From positions 1,511,743 to 1,575,742 of the forward strand of contig CBDEUZ010000007.1 in NCBI GenBank assembly GCA_965243495.1: a stretch of DNA of 64,000 nt. Reading direction: 5' to 3'. The notes under the pieces are model-generated. The model saw nothing but the letters and a program-made list of their open reading frames with translations, made no database searches and was not told the DNA's origin. Source of the stretch: Dehalococcoidia bacterium. Its GTDB lineage: Bacteria; Chloroflexota; Dehalococcoidia; UBA6926. Shown here piece by piece: positions 46,176-55,801 of this stretch (the first letter of the stretch is position 1; every line of letters starts with the position of its first letter). The position numbers were made by a program, and so were the translations under genes.

Positions 46176-48020
46176 TCATTCGACAGTCACCGACTTCGCC
46201 AGGTTCCGCGGCTGATCGATGTCCGCCCCCCGCAGCAGTCCAATCTCATATGCCAGCATCTGCAGCGGCACCGTCGCCGCAATTGGCACCAGGTGCTCCG
46301 GCGTCTCCGGCACGAAGATCGCCTCATCAGCCTGCCCGCCAAGCTCATCGTCCCCGTCCGTCAACAAGCCGACCACGTGCCCCGACCGCGCGCGTATTTC
46401 TGAGATATTGATCGCCATGCGGTCCCGCAACCCGCCCTCCGGCGCAAGCGCAATCGTCGGCATGTGCTGATCGATGAGCGCGATCGGCCCGTGCTTCATC
46501 TCGCCCCCCGCGCTGCCCTCCGCGTGGATATACGAGACCTCCTTAAGCTTCAGCGCCCCCTCCAGCGCGATGGGATACATAGGCCCGCGCGCCAGCAGCA
46601 GGCAGTTGTCGTTCGCCGTCAGCCGCTCGGCCACAGCCCGGATAGCATCTCTCCGTTCCAACGACTCGCTCACGATGCCCGGCAGCCGCTCCAGGTCCAG
46701 CAGGTGCTGGCTCACCTCGTCCTCGTGCATTTCGCTCCGGCCCGCCGCCGCGTCGATTGCCAACAGATAGAGGCAGATAATCGCCGACGTAAAACTCTTT
46801 GTCGCCGCAACCCCCACCTCGAGCCCGGATCGCATATCCATCGTCTCGCACGCGATCCGCGCTGCCTCGCTATCCAATGCATTCGTCACCGCCACGCAGT
46901 CCGCCCCGAGGCCTGATGCATGCTCCAGCGCCGCCAGCGTGTCCAGCGTCTCACCCGACTGCGTAATCGCGATGAGCAGGTCTCCCTTGCCCATCCGCGC
47001 ATTTCGGTGACGCAGCTCGGACGCCACCTCCGCCTCCACAGGCACGCCCGCCAGCGTCTCGAAATAGTGCCGACCCACAAGCGCCGCGTGATAGCTTGAT
47101 CCGCACCCGGTGAGGATGATTCGCCGCGCCGCAGCCAACCTCTCGGACAGCCCCGGACCGTAGTCCGGCTCCAGCCGCCCCGACTCTAGGTCCACACGCC
47201 CCCGCAGCGCATCCGTCAGCGCCTGCGGCTGCTCCATGATCTCCTTCAGCATGAAATGCTTGTACATCCCCTTCGCCGCCCGCAGCGGGTCGCGCGTCAC
47301 CTCTGTGAACTCCCGCGCCACCGGCGCCCCGTCCAGAGTTGAAACCTCCACCCCATCAGGCCTCAGCACCGCGATCTCCCCGTTGTTCAGCGGCATCGCC
47401 TTACGCGTCAGCGGCACCAGGGCAGGCAGGTCGCTTGCCGCGTACGTCTCCCCGTCTCCCACGCCGATAACCAGTCCCCCGGCGTTGCCCGCCCGCACAG
47501 CGATCAGCGTGTCCGGCTCCTGTGCGCACGCGACCAAAAACACCAGCGCCCCGTGCATATCCGGCAGGATCGACTTCACCGCCTCGACGGGATCGAGACC
47601 GCGATCGAGCGCCTCCTCGATGAGATGAGGCAGCACCTCGGTATCTGTCTGCGATGTGAATCGATGGCCCCGCGATACAAGCTGCGCTGCCAGTGCGCTG
47701 TAATTCTCGACGATGCCGTTCTGCACGACACTCACACGATCGGTGCAGTCCATGTGCGGATGCGCGTTGGCCAGGGACGGCGCGCCATGCGTCGCCCACC
47801 GCGTATGTCCCAGCCCGAGTGTCCCTGAAACGAACGACCCCTCGAGGTCTGCCCTCAGCGCATCCAGCTTTCCGACGGCCTTATTAGTCCCGAACACGCC
47901 GGATGGCCCAAGGATCGCCATCCCGGCCGAGTCATACCCCCGGTACTCGATGCGCGAAAGCCCATCCAAAACAATCGGCATCGCCTGCCGATGCCCCGTA
48001 TACCCCATAATCCCGCACAT
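46176..48020 (-). CDS. glmS: glutamine--fructose-6-phosphate aminotransferase
   Basis: Starts MCGIMGY (Ntn Cys), has two SIS domains, and ends …VTVE. The track ORF's N-terminal extension runs through REP elements, so the start is set at MCGI. Confidence 0.9.
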   Translation of the reverse strand: MCGIMGYTGHRQAMPIVLDGLSRIEYRGYDSAGMAILGPSGVFGTNKAVGKLDALRADLEGSFVSGTLGLGHTRWATHGAPSLANAHPHMDCTDRVSVVQNGIVENYSALAAQLVSRGHRFTSQTDTEVLPHLIEEALDRGLDPVEAVKSILPDMHGALVFLVACAQEPDTLIAVRAGNAGGLVIGVGDGETYAASDLPALVPLTRKAMPLNNGEIAVLRPDGVEVSTLDGAPVAREFTEVTRDPLRAAKGMYKHFMLKEIMEQPQALTDALRGRVDLESGRLEPDYGPGLSERLAAARRIILTGCGSSYHAALVGRHYFETLAGVPVEAEVASELRHRNARMGKGDLLIAITQSGETLDTLAALEHASGLGADCVAVTNALDSEAARIACETMDMRSGLEVGVAATKSFTSAIICLYLLAIDAAAGRSEMHEDEVSQHLLDLERLPGIVSESLERRDAIRAVAERLTANDNCLLLARGPMYPIALEGALKLKEVSYIHAEGSAGGEMKHGPIALIDQHMPTIALAPEGGLRDRMAINISEIRARSGHVVGLLTDGDDELGGQADEAIFVPETPEHLVPIAATVPLQMLAYEIGLLRGADIDQPRNLAKSVTVE

Positions 48021-48700
48021 CGCCCCTCCGTCATTCCCGCGAAAGCAGGAATCCAGAATCCCCTCGGTGCCCTCCGCTCCCCCTGAGCCTGTCGAAGGGT
48101 CGCCCCTCCCCAAATCATACCCTGCCAGAATCCCCTCCCCCCCTCGACGAGGGAGGGTTAGAGAGGGGGTGACCCCATCGCCCATCTTGGACCCGCCGAA
48201 AGGTCACGGTTCGCCCTGAGCTTGTCGAAGGGGGCTCCCGAACGGGAACCTAGTCACGCCTCCCCATTCGTCATTCCCGTGAAAACGGGAATCCAGTGCG
48301 ACGCGCAGCGCCGCCTCCCACCATCATCCCGACCACACCCCTGTCATTCCGAGCGCAGTCGAGGAATCTAAAGACTCAATTCCGTCCCCAATCCGGTAAC
48401 AATCCCCGTTCGCCCTGAGCTTGTCGAAGGGGGCTCCCGAACGGGAACCTAGTCACGCCTCCCCATTCGTCATTCCCGTGAAAACGGGAATCCAGTGCGG
48501 CGCACAGCGCCGCCTCCCACCGTCATCCCGACCACACCCCTGTCATTCCGAGCGCAGCCGAGGAATCCAAAGACTCAATTCCGCAGCCAACCCCGTAAAG
48601 CCACTCAAATATCCCCTCCCCTTCGATGGGGGAGGGTTAGGGAGAGGGTGACCCATCCGTCATTCCGGCGCAGGCCGGAATCCACCCCGTGGCCCGCTAG
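48021..48700. repeat. ~680-bp cluster of REP-like elements (families A, B, C, E) in the glmS upstream/divergent intergenic region
   Basis: A at ~48035, 48265, 48463, 48655 (variants tcattcccgtgaaaacgggaatccag). B at ~48200 and 48404. C at ~48345 and 48541. E (ccctccccttcgatgggggagggttagggagagggtga) at ~48140 and 48612. Confidence 0.85.
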
Positions 48701-48897
48701 GGCCACACGCCCAACCCCTCAGGAGAGTGCTATGAGGGCGCTGCACACGGGTCAGTGATTGGAACAGCCATCGGTTAACATGAGACGGGTGTACGGAGGA
48801 AGACTGAATAACGCAGGTGAACGATTTACACACGGTGAGCGGTCTCTGTAGAAAGAGCGCGAGGTGTGATTACAAAGGCTAGTGACTCTGCAGAAAT

Positions 48898-49716
48898 TTG
48901 GAAGGAATAGCTTTGGGCAACAGAACATTTTCTTCGCGAGAAGGCCTCTCAGACAATATTGACTTGGTTTACGATGATGCGCCCGGAGGCCTTCGGTACG
49001 GGCTCCGCGAAGTTCTCACCGATCTCGGCTACAGGACGCCGGGTGCTCAACGGGGCATCCTTTGTAAGGCATTGAGGATAAGTCCTGACCAGTACAACTG
49101 GAGTGCCCCAAACATTGAGATTGAGGTCGTGGATCTTATCGCGACTGAGCCTTGGTATAAATTTTTCGATGCTCTGGAAAGAATCCCAAAGTTCCTGCAA
49201 GCGGGACAAGCACCAGATTACCAAGAGAAGATGAATGCACTGTTCAGCGAGGAGCGGGTCGGTTATCGGTTCGAATCGGGTGACATTGTGCGGCTCGGAA
49301 CTGATGAGTTTCACGAAGCAATTGATCAAGCTCGCTCTTCACTGTCGGATGAACGATTTGCCGAACCTCGCAGGCAGTTCGAGCGTGGATATATCTTTCG
49401 AAATAGTCGTCCACCTGACTTGGCTAACGCCATCAAAGAAGCGGTCAATTCAGTGGAAGGTACCCTTCAGATTATCTACAGTCGCCCTGGCGTCTCGTTG
49501 ACAACAATAGTCAGTGAGAACCTTCCTGAAGATTTGCCTAGCGGTATCAAGCAATTGATCCGCTCCCTCTACAGCCAAGGAAGCGGAACTATTGGTGCCC
49601 GACATGCCGCAATTGGAGGTAACGTGCCTACTGACTCGCGCGCTGAACTGGCTCTGCATATCGCGGCAGCACTACATAGCTTTGCCGTGAATGAACTGGA
49701 TTCCAATCAACCCTGA
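48898..49716 (+). CDS. hypothetical protein
   Basis: 272-aa ORF with normal codon usage and no motif I can assign. Confidence 0.4.
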   Translation: MEGIALGNRTFSSREGLSDNIDLVYDDAPGGLRYGLREVLTDLGYRTPGAQRGILCKALRISPDQYNWSAPNIEIEVVDLIATEPWYKFFDALERIPKFLQAGQAPDYQEKMNALFSEERVGYRFESGDIVRLGTDEFHEAIDQARSSLSDERFAEPRRQFERGYIFRNSRPPDLANAIKEAVNSVEGTLQIIYSRPGVSLTTIVSENLPEDLPSGIKQLIRSLYSQGSGTIGARHAAIGGNVPTDSRAELALHIAAALHSFAVNELDSNQP

Positions 49717-49779
49717 CCGTGAAACTGAGCCGTAGCGCAGCTACTCCCTACAATCAACACATCAGGGTAGGGGGATCCC

Positions 49780-50769
49780 ATGTCCGAATCGACCGCCTTT
49801 ATCCTCGGCATCATCCAGGGGATCACCGAGTGGATTCCTGTCAGCTCGCAGGGCGTCGTCGCCCTCGTCTCCACATGGATTGACGACGCCGAGCCCTCGG
49901 ACGCCATCGCCATCGCCCTCTGGCTGCACGTCGGCACCGCCCTATCCGCGACCATCGCCCTGAGACGCGACATCACATCGATAATCCGCGACTCCATCGT
50001 CGGTCGGGTCCACCCTGAGCGCTCGTCCGGTCACGCAGCGCTCACCGCCGCTCACCCTGAACTCGCTTCTGTCGACCCCGAGCTTCTTGAAGGGTTACCC
50101 CCCGGCCACCCTGAGCCTGTCGAAGGGTTACCCTTTACCGCCCAGGCTGGAACGCGGCATTCCAACCCCACATATCCGCCAACCGTGATCGCGAACTTTG
50201 GACGTAGGCACCGCCTACCCCCCGTCATATTCCTCGCCCTCAGCACCGCCGTCACCGCGATAATCGGCCTGCCCCTCTACCTCATCGTGGGCGAGATTGC
50301 GGATCTCCTGGGCAGCGTTGCCATGCTGCTTGTCGGCCTGGCGATGCTCGCAACGGCATTCGCCATCCGATGCGGACTGTGGGAGGGCGAGCGGGGCAGG
50401 GATGATGTCACCCCAAAGGACGCGCTCATCGTCGGTGCCGCGCAGGCGCTTGCCGTCATTCCGGGGCTCAGCCGCACGGGGCTGACCGTCGCCGTACTGC
50501 TCACGAGGGATTGCAGCCACCGCGAAGCCGTCGTCCTGAGTGTTCTTATGGGCATACCGGCGAGCATAGGCGCAGGTCTGCTGGCCCTCACCACGTCCGA
50601 CACCATCGGCGGCTGGCCTGCCGTCGTGGCGATAGTGACCGCGGCAATCGTTGGAACCCTCGCCATCCGAGCCATCCTCGCATGGGCCACCCGCGTCACC
50701 TTGGCCCCATTCGTCGCCGCCGCCGGAACCGCCGTCATCCTCGGCGCCCTAATCGCCCTCCTCGCCTAA
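49780..50769 (+). CDS. uppP: undecaprenyl-diphosphatase (BacA/UppP) with ~55-aa repeat-derived in-frame insertion
   Basis: N-terminal BacA motif ILGIIQGITEWIPVSSQG and C-terminal …PGLSRTG… motif. The central loop, encoded by 50010..50215, is made of family B/D-like repeat DNA. Confidence 0.65.
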   Translation: MSESTAFILGIIQGITEWIPVSSQGVVALVSTWIDDAEPSDAIAIALWLHVGTALSATIALRRDITSIIRDSIVGRVHPERSSGHAALTAAHPELASVDPELLEGLPPGHPEPVEGLPFTAQAGTRHSNPTYPPTVIANFGRRHRLPPVIFLALSTAVTAIIGLPLYLIVGEIADLLGSVAMLLVGLAMLATAFAIRCGLWEGERGRDDVTPKDALIVGAAQALAVIPGLSRTGLTVAVLLTRDCSHREAVVLSVLMGIPASIGAGLLALTTSDTIGGWPAVVAIVTAAIVGTLAIRAILAWATRVTLAPFVAAAGTAVILGALIALLA

Positions 50770-50774
50770 CCCCT

Positions 50775-50900
50775 TCTCGTCACTCCCGCTAAAGCATGTC
50801 CCGTACTCCGATACGGGACGGGAATCCAGAATCCCCTCTCCCTCAGGGAGAGGGTTAGGGTGAGGGGGTTGTCATTCTGAGCACAGCGAAGAATCTAAAG
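50775..50900. repeat. REP-like cluster (A variant, E, C)
   Basis: …gggaatccagaatcccctctccctcagggagagggttagggtgaggggg…gtcattctgagcacagcgaagaatctaaag. Confidence 0.8.
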
Positions 50901-50988
50901 ACCCAATAGTGGCATTCACGCCGGAACGCGACAGCCGAACCTCCACGACCATCTTGGCCAGATCGCGAGCTTTGGCCGTAGGCACTGC

Positions 50989-52344
50989 CTACCGCCCGAT
51001 GTACTCTGCCGGAACACCCGCCACCGTCGTGCCCTCAGCAACATTCCGCGTCACGACTGACCCCGCCGCCGTGTACGCCTTTCCCCCAATCTCAACCGGC
51101 GCAACCAGCATCGAGCCGCTCCCTATAAACGCCCCGTCACCAACGATCGTCCGGTGCTTGTCCTGCCCGTCGAAATTGCACGTCACCGCCCCCGCGCCGA
51201 TGTTCACATCCTCCCCAATCTCGGCATCACCCACGTACCCGAAATGCCCTATCGCCGTACGACTCCCAATCCGGCTCGCCTTGATCTCCCCAAAGCTGCC
51301 GATGTGAGCATCAGTGCCGATATGCGTCCCCGGCCGCAGCCGCGCGAACGGCCCCACCGAAACGCCGTCCTCCAGCGTCACTTCGTCCAGCCACGACCCC
51401 TGCACGACGCACCGTTCTCCAATCTCCGAATCGACGATGTGCGTGTCCGGCCCGATCTCGCACCCCGCCCCAATGACCGTTGCTCCCGTGATATGCGTAT
51501 TTGGCCGAACCACCGTATCCGTCGCAATCGTCACCGTTGAGTCGATGTACGTCGAAGCCGGATCGATAATCGTGACCCCGGACAGCATCAGCGCCTCCAG
51601 TGTCCGCTGTCGCGCCACCCGCTCCGCCTCCGCAAGATCCACCAGCGTGTTCACCCCAATCGCCTCCTCAGCATCGATCTCCAACGTCTCAACCCCCCGC
51701 CCGTCTGCCACCGCCAGCTTGACAAGGTCTGTGATGTAGTACTCGCCGTTGTCACGCAGGGGCAGACGGTCCACCGCCGTCCGCGCCCACGCAAGATCCA
51801 GGGCGTACACTCCGGCGTTCCCCTCCGGCGGCGCGTCCTCAAAACGTGGGTCGCTGGCCTCGATGATCTCGGCCACTTTTCCGTCGTTAGATCGCCTTAT
51901 CCGCCCGTAATCTGCGCCAATGGGCGCGTACATTGTGAAAAACGTAACAGCAACATCAGGCCTTGACTCATGTTCTTCAACGAGTTTGCGCAAGGAATCA
52001 GAAGAAAGCAGGAGTAAGTCGCCGTTAATCACCAACAGATGAGATGCAGTACTTGTGGTATCCGCAAGATAGGCCTTAATCGCTCCGCCCGTCCCATCGG
52101 GGGTTTGTTGCATTACGTAACGATAAACAAGCCCCAGCGCCTCCGGGATCGCCGCTGAATCGTCCCGCACAATCGTCACATCGGGCAGGGCTGCCTCAGA
52201 AATCGCATCTAAAACTCGGCGTAGCATCGGCAGTCCGCCAACCGGGTGCAGAACCTTCGGCAATGAGGTCCCCATCCTTGATCCCCGCCCCGCCGCAAGC
52301 ACCACCGCCGCCCACTCCGTGCTGCCATTTCCTATCTGATTCAT
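50989..52344 (-). CDS. glmU: bifunctional UDP-GlcNAc pyrophosphorylase / GlcN-1-P N-acetyltransferase
   Basis: N-terminal AAVVLAAGRGSRMGTSLPKVLHPVGG and C-terminal hexapeptide repeats. Start set at MNQIGNG. Confidence 0.85.
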   Translation of the reverse strand: MNQIGNGSTEWAAVVLAAGRGSRMGTSLPKVLHPVGGLPMLRRVLDAISEAALPDVTIVRDDSAAIPEALGLVYRYVMQQTPDGTGGAIKAYLADTTSTASHLLVINGDLLLLSSDSLRKLVEEHESRPDVAVTFFTMYAPIGADYGRIRRSNDGKVAEIIEASDPRFEDAPPEGNAGVYALDLAWARTAVDRLPLRDNGEYYITDLVKLAVADGRGVETLEIDAEEAIGVNTLVDLAEAERVARQRTLEALMLSGVTIIDPASTYIDSTVTIATDTVVRPNTHITGATVIGAGCEIGPDTHIVDSEIGERCVVQGSWLDEVTLEDGVSVGPFARLRPGTHIGTDAHIGSFGEIKASRIGSRTAIGHFGYVGDAEIGEDVNIGAGAVTCNFDGQDKHRTIVGDGAFIGSGSMLVAPVEIGGKAYTAAGSVVTRNVAEGTTVAGVPAEYIGR

Positions 52345-52420
52345 CGTCTGGCCCCCGTTGCAGTTGTGCGAAATGTCCACTACATGACAGGATGGATGAT
52401 ACACACCGAACGAGTACGAC

Positions 52421-52936
52421 ATGACGAGCTACGAACACCTCATTCGAGAGATACCGGACTTTCCTGAAGAGGGGATCCTGTTTCGTGATATCACGCCGCT
52501 CCTGCTCGACCCGGATGCCTTTGCATGGGCGATCGATAGGATGACGCAAGACGCCGCAACTGTGGCGCCAGAGGTTGTTGTTGCAGTTGAAGCGCGCGGC
52601 TACCTGTTTGGTGCGCCGATGGCGCGAGCTCTGGACGTGCCGCTTATTCCCGTTCGCAAAGTCGGCAAACTTCCCTATAAGACAGTCAGCATCGAATATG
52701 CGCTTGAATACGGATCAGCCACGGTTGAGATGCATGAGGACGGCATTCAGCCTGGGCAGAGAGCTGTCCTCGTGGATGATTTACTTGCGACAGGCGGAAC
52801 GCTGAAAGCGGCGGAAGACCTCGTGCACAAGGCGGGTGGAAGAACAGTGGGAGCAACGGTCCTTATCGAACTGGCAGAACTATCGGGCCGTGAGCTTTTG
52901 GGGGAATATCCCGTCCATACGCTCATGCACTTATGA
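52421..52936 (+). CDS. apt: adenine phosphoribosyltransferase
   Basis: …IPDFPEEGILFRDITPLL… and the PRPP-binding VLVDDLLATGGT. Confidence 0.85.
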   Translation: MTSYEHLIREIPDFPEEGILFRDITPLLLDPDAFAWAIDRMTQDAATVAPEVVVAVEARGYLFGAPMARALDVPLIPVRKVGKLPYKTVSIEYALEYGSATVEMHEDGIQPGQRAVLVDDLLATGGTLKAAEDLVHKAGGRTVGATVLIELAELSGRELLGEYPVHTLMHL

Positions 52937-52940
52937 CTGA

Positions 52941-53867
52941 TTAGTTGTCCGCTAATACGTCCGCCACAACGTCGTATCGCCCGAATGATGGGATCATGTA
53001 GACGCCGGCAATCATACCGCGCGTTTCCTCAATAAGTTCGCGAGCAATAGCTGCCCCTTCTGCCCGGCCGTTGTTCTCCGCCCGGTGCAACCGCCGCCGA
53101 ATCGATTCGGGGATCACCATGCCGGGGACGTTGTTATGGAGAAACTCTGCGTGGCGTGCGCTCTGCAGCGGCAGCACGCCGAGCACCACTGGAAGCGGGA
53201 ATCCGCCGAGCAGGTCGTGGAGTCGACGCACGGGCGCAGGATCAAAAACCGTCTGTGTCAAGATGTAGTGCGCCCCCGCCTCAACCTTGCGTTTCAGGCT
53301 GGCAAGCTCTTCGTCAATGTGCGGCGCGTTGGGGCTAAGGGCGCAGGCGATTGCGAATGACGTGGGTTCTGGCAGCGTGTGTCCCGCTACCTCCTCACCT
53401 GCGTTCATGCGGCTGAGAGCGCTGATCAGCTGGGAGGACGTTACGTCGGAGAGGCTGCTCGCGTCGGGATAATCGCCGATGGACGGGTTGTCTCCGTGAA
53501 AGACGAACGCGTTACGCACGTTTAGAGCGTGTGCCCCGATAAGGTCGGAGTGCAGGGAGAGGACGTTCCGATTGCGGGTGCCGGTGTGGAGGATGGCCTC
53601 AACGCCCGTCTGCCTCTGTAGGAGGACACTCAGCGCGACTGCGCTCATACGGGCCTGTGCCAACGGTACGTCCGTCGCATTGAAAGCATCAATCCGGACC
53701 TTTTCCATGAGCGCCTTTAGGCTGACCAGCGTGCGATCGGGCGAGAATCCCCGGGGAGGATGGACTTCTACCGTCGTCACGAACTCGCCATCACGCAGCT
53801 TCTGCAAAAGTGCCGTGGGTCGCCCGGCTGGCGGGATGGATGAAGACATGTCAGTTGAAGTACTCAA
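52941..53867 (-). CDS. metF: 5,10-methylenetetrahydrofolate reductase
   Basis: TIM-barrel MTHFR pattern (…VEVHPPRG…, …NAFVFHGDNP…). Confidence 0.7.
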   Translation of the reverse strand: MSTSTDMSSSIPPAGRPTALLQKLRDGEFVTTVEVHPPRGFSPDRTLVSLKALMEKVRIDAFNATDVPLAQARMSAVALSVLLQRQTGVEAILHTGTRNRNVLSLHSDLIGAHALNVRNAFVFHGDNPSIGDYPDASSLSDVTSSQLISALSRMNAGEEVAGHTLPEPTSFAIACALSPNAPHIDEELASLKRKVEAGAHYILTQTVFDPAPVRRLHDLLGGFPLPVVLGVLPLQSARHAEFLHNNVPGMVIPESIRRRLHRAENNGRAEGAAIARELIEETRGMIAGVYMIPSFGRYDVVADVLADN

Positions 53868-53961
53868 ATCTCAAACAGATGGAGTTTAATGCCGTTGTGT
53901 TTGATTCACGATAAAGCTTCCCGTTTGCGTGGGAAAGATGGGCAGTGAAAGACAGGTACCT

Positions 53962-54894
53962 TCACTCGATTGCCATGCCGTTTGCACGGCGCAGGGCGGC
54001 CACGGTTCGAGCGATGCCCTCATGTAGGTCGATCTCCGGTGTCCAACCAAGTTCACGTCGCGCTTTGGAACTATCCAGGTAGATCCGATGCACGTCGCCC
54101 GGCCGTTCTGGAGCATGGACAGGTGCGCGGCTATAGTCGGTTTCCTTGGCCAGCAGGGCGAAAATGGCGTTGACAGACGTTGGCACACCGCTCCCGATGT
54201 TATAGATACCCGCTGCAGGAGCATCAGGGCGTGTGGCGGCGACACCTGCGGCTACGACATCATCAACGTAGATGTAATCCTTCACCTGCTCACCGTCACC
54301 GTGGATGCTAACTTCCTCGCCCGCAAGCATCTTCAAACCGAAGATCGCAATGACGCCGGCCTCTCCTCGTGGATCCTGGCCGGGACCGTATACGTTTCCG
54401 GGACGCAGGATCGCGTATTCAATACCGTTGGCCTCGGCGATGATCCGTGTGTGTTGCTCCAGCGCGTGCTTGCTCGCTCCATAAACGGATAGCGGTCTGA
54501 TGGGGTGCGCTTCATCGCAGGGCAGGTACTCAGGCTCGCCGTAGAGAGCGCCTCCAGTCGAAAACAGCACAACGCGCTTGACGCCGAATCGGACGCACTG
54601 CTGGAGAATGTTGATGCCGCCAACGATGTTAGTGTGAACGTCCAACTCCGGTTCGCGCATTGAGCGTGCGACTGAAACCTGTGCGGCGAGATGAAAGACG
54701 ATTTCCGGTTGTTCGTCCACGAAAACGTCCGCCAAGGCCGGAGCGGCGATGTCCAGTTTGTGCAGGTCGGCGGCAGCGGCTTCGTAGTCATTAATCGGCG
54801 AAGACGAGAGATCGTCAACTACGGTGACGTGCCAACCGTCACTGAGAAGGCGCTTTACCAAATGCGAACCGATGAATCCCGCTCCGCCAGTCAC
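53962..54894 (-). CDS. NAD-dependent epimerase/dehydratase (UDP-sugar 4-epimerase-like)
   Basis: TGGAGFIGSHL Rossmann motif and YGASK catalytic YxxxK. Confidence 0.8.
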   Translation of the reverse strand: MTGGAGFIGSHLVKRLLSDGWHVTVVDDLSSSPINDYEAAAADLHKLDIAAPALADVFVDEQPEIVFHLAAQVSVARSMREPELDVHTNIVGGINILQQCVRFGVKRVVLFSTGGALYGEPEYLPCDEAHPIRPLSVYGASKHALEQHTRIIAEANGIEYAILRPGNVYGPGQDPRGEAGVIAIFGLKMLAGEEVSIHGDGEQVKDYIYVDDVVAAGVAATRPDAPAAGIYNIGSGVPTSVNAIFALLAKETDYSRAPVHAPERPGDVHRIYLDSSKARRELGWTPEIDLHEGIARTVAALRRANGMAIE

Positions 54895-54963
54895 CAGTGC
54901 CCGTGGCTGATTGGAATGGTGCTTTGAATTGATGCTGAACCTCCTGTGTTCGAGTGGTTTCTA

Positions 54964-55037
54964 TGGCTGCCCGGCCAGGATTCGAACCTGGGTCAGAGGA
55001 TCCAAAGTCCCCTGTGCTACCACTGCACCACCGGGCA
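54964..55037 (-). tRNA. tRNA-Gln (anticodon TTG)
   Basis: Reverse complement folds as a cloverleaf with anticodon loop CTTTGGA, T arm CCAGGTTCGAATCCTGG and a CCA end. Confidence 0.75.
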
Positions 55038-55102
55038 AAGCCGGCGTGCCGCGCCCGTTCACTCTGAGAGCGGAAAGGTGGCACGCGCAGACCGTCTCAA
55101 TT

Positions 55103-55188
55103 GGTGCCGAAGGTCGGAGTCGAACCGACACGGGGTTGCCCCCAACGGTGTTTGAGACCGTCGCGTCTGCCATTCCGCCACTTCGGCA
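55103..55188 (-). tRNA. tRNA-Leu (anticodon CAA), long variable arm
   Basis: Reverse complement GCCGAAGTGGCGGAATGG…, anticodon loop CTCAAAC, long variable arm, T arm GGTTCGACTCC, CCA. Confidence 0.75.
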
Positions 55189-55385
55189 TGAAAACGGTTA
55201 GTTCATTATGCGACAGTTTGAACCTGTCAAGCGAATCCGAGGCTAATGGATTTGCAGCAAGCGTCAACTATCGGCATTATTAGCTTTCAGTGGTACGGAG
55301 AGACATAGATGGCAGGATTGCTAGTCGAGTAGTCTGCGGTATGGCATACTACCGATAATCCATATGGGTACCGTGGGAGGTTACC

Positions 55386-55727
55386 GTGTTGAAAGTCGAT
55401 GCTGAGAGGGACCAGGTAACCGTCGTCGCCAAGACGGAGGGTAGGATAGACAGTGGAAGTGCGCAGGAATTCCAGACTGCGCTGGAGAAGGTAATTCAGC
55501 CCGAGGATAAGGCTCTGATTATCGACTTCGAAAACGTGTCGTATATCAGCAGCGCTGGGATGCGAGTGATCTTGCTAACTGCCAAGACTCTTCAGCGTCA
55601 GGGAGGACAATTAGCTTTGTGCTCACTGACAGAGCCTATTCGCGAAGTCTTCAAGATCAGTGGATTCGACAACATCATCGCGATCCACGAGACACGGGCC
55701 GAGGCGGCTGCGGCAATCTCAAAGTGA
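55386..55727 (+). CDS. STAS-domain anti-sigma-factor antagonist (SpoIIAA/RsbV-like)
   Basis: 113 aa with the typical …DFENVSYISSAGMRVIL… STAS core. GGGAGG RBS before the GTG. Confidence 0.75.
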   Translation: MLKVDAERDQVTVVAKTEGRIDSGSAQEFQTALEKVIQPEDKALIIDFENVSYISSAGMRVILLTAKTLQRQGGQLALCSLTEPIREVFKISGFDNIIAIHETRAEAAAAISK

Positions 55728-55801
55728 ATTGGGGGGGCCACGATCCCATTCCGAGTGGTCCGACCTTTTCTCAGTTCGCCGGAGCTTTTTGAGGGAGGCT
55801 C

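Noticed and set aside
46176-48185. Extended glmS ORF starting at 48185
   Set aside because: The N-terminal 55 aa are translated REP elements. The conserved Ntn start MCGIMGY is at 48020.
48021-48200. glmS ribozyme upstream of glmS
   Set aside because: No recognisable glmS-ribozyme core could be identified by eye. The region is occupied by REP elements. A covariance-model search is needed.
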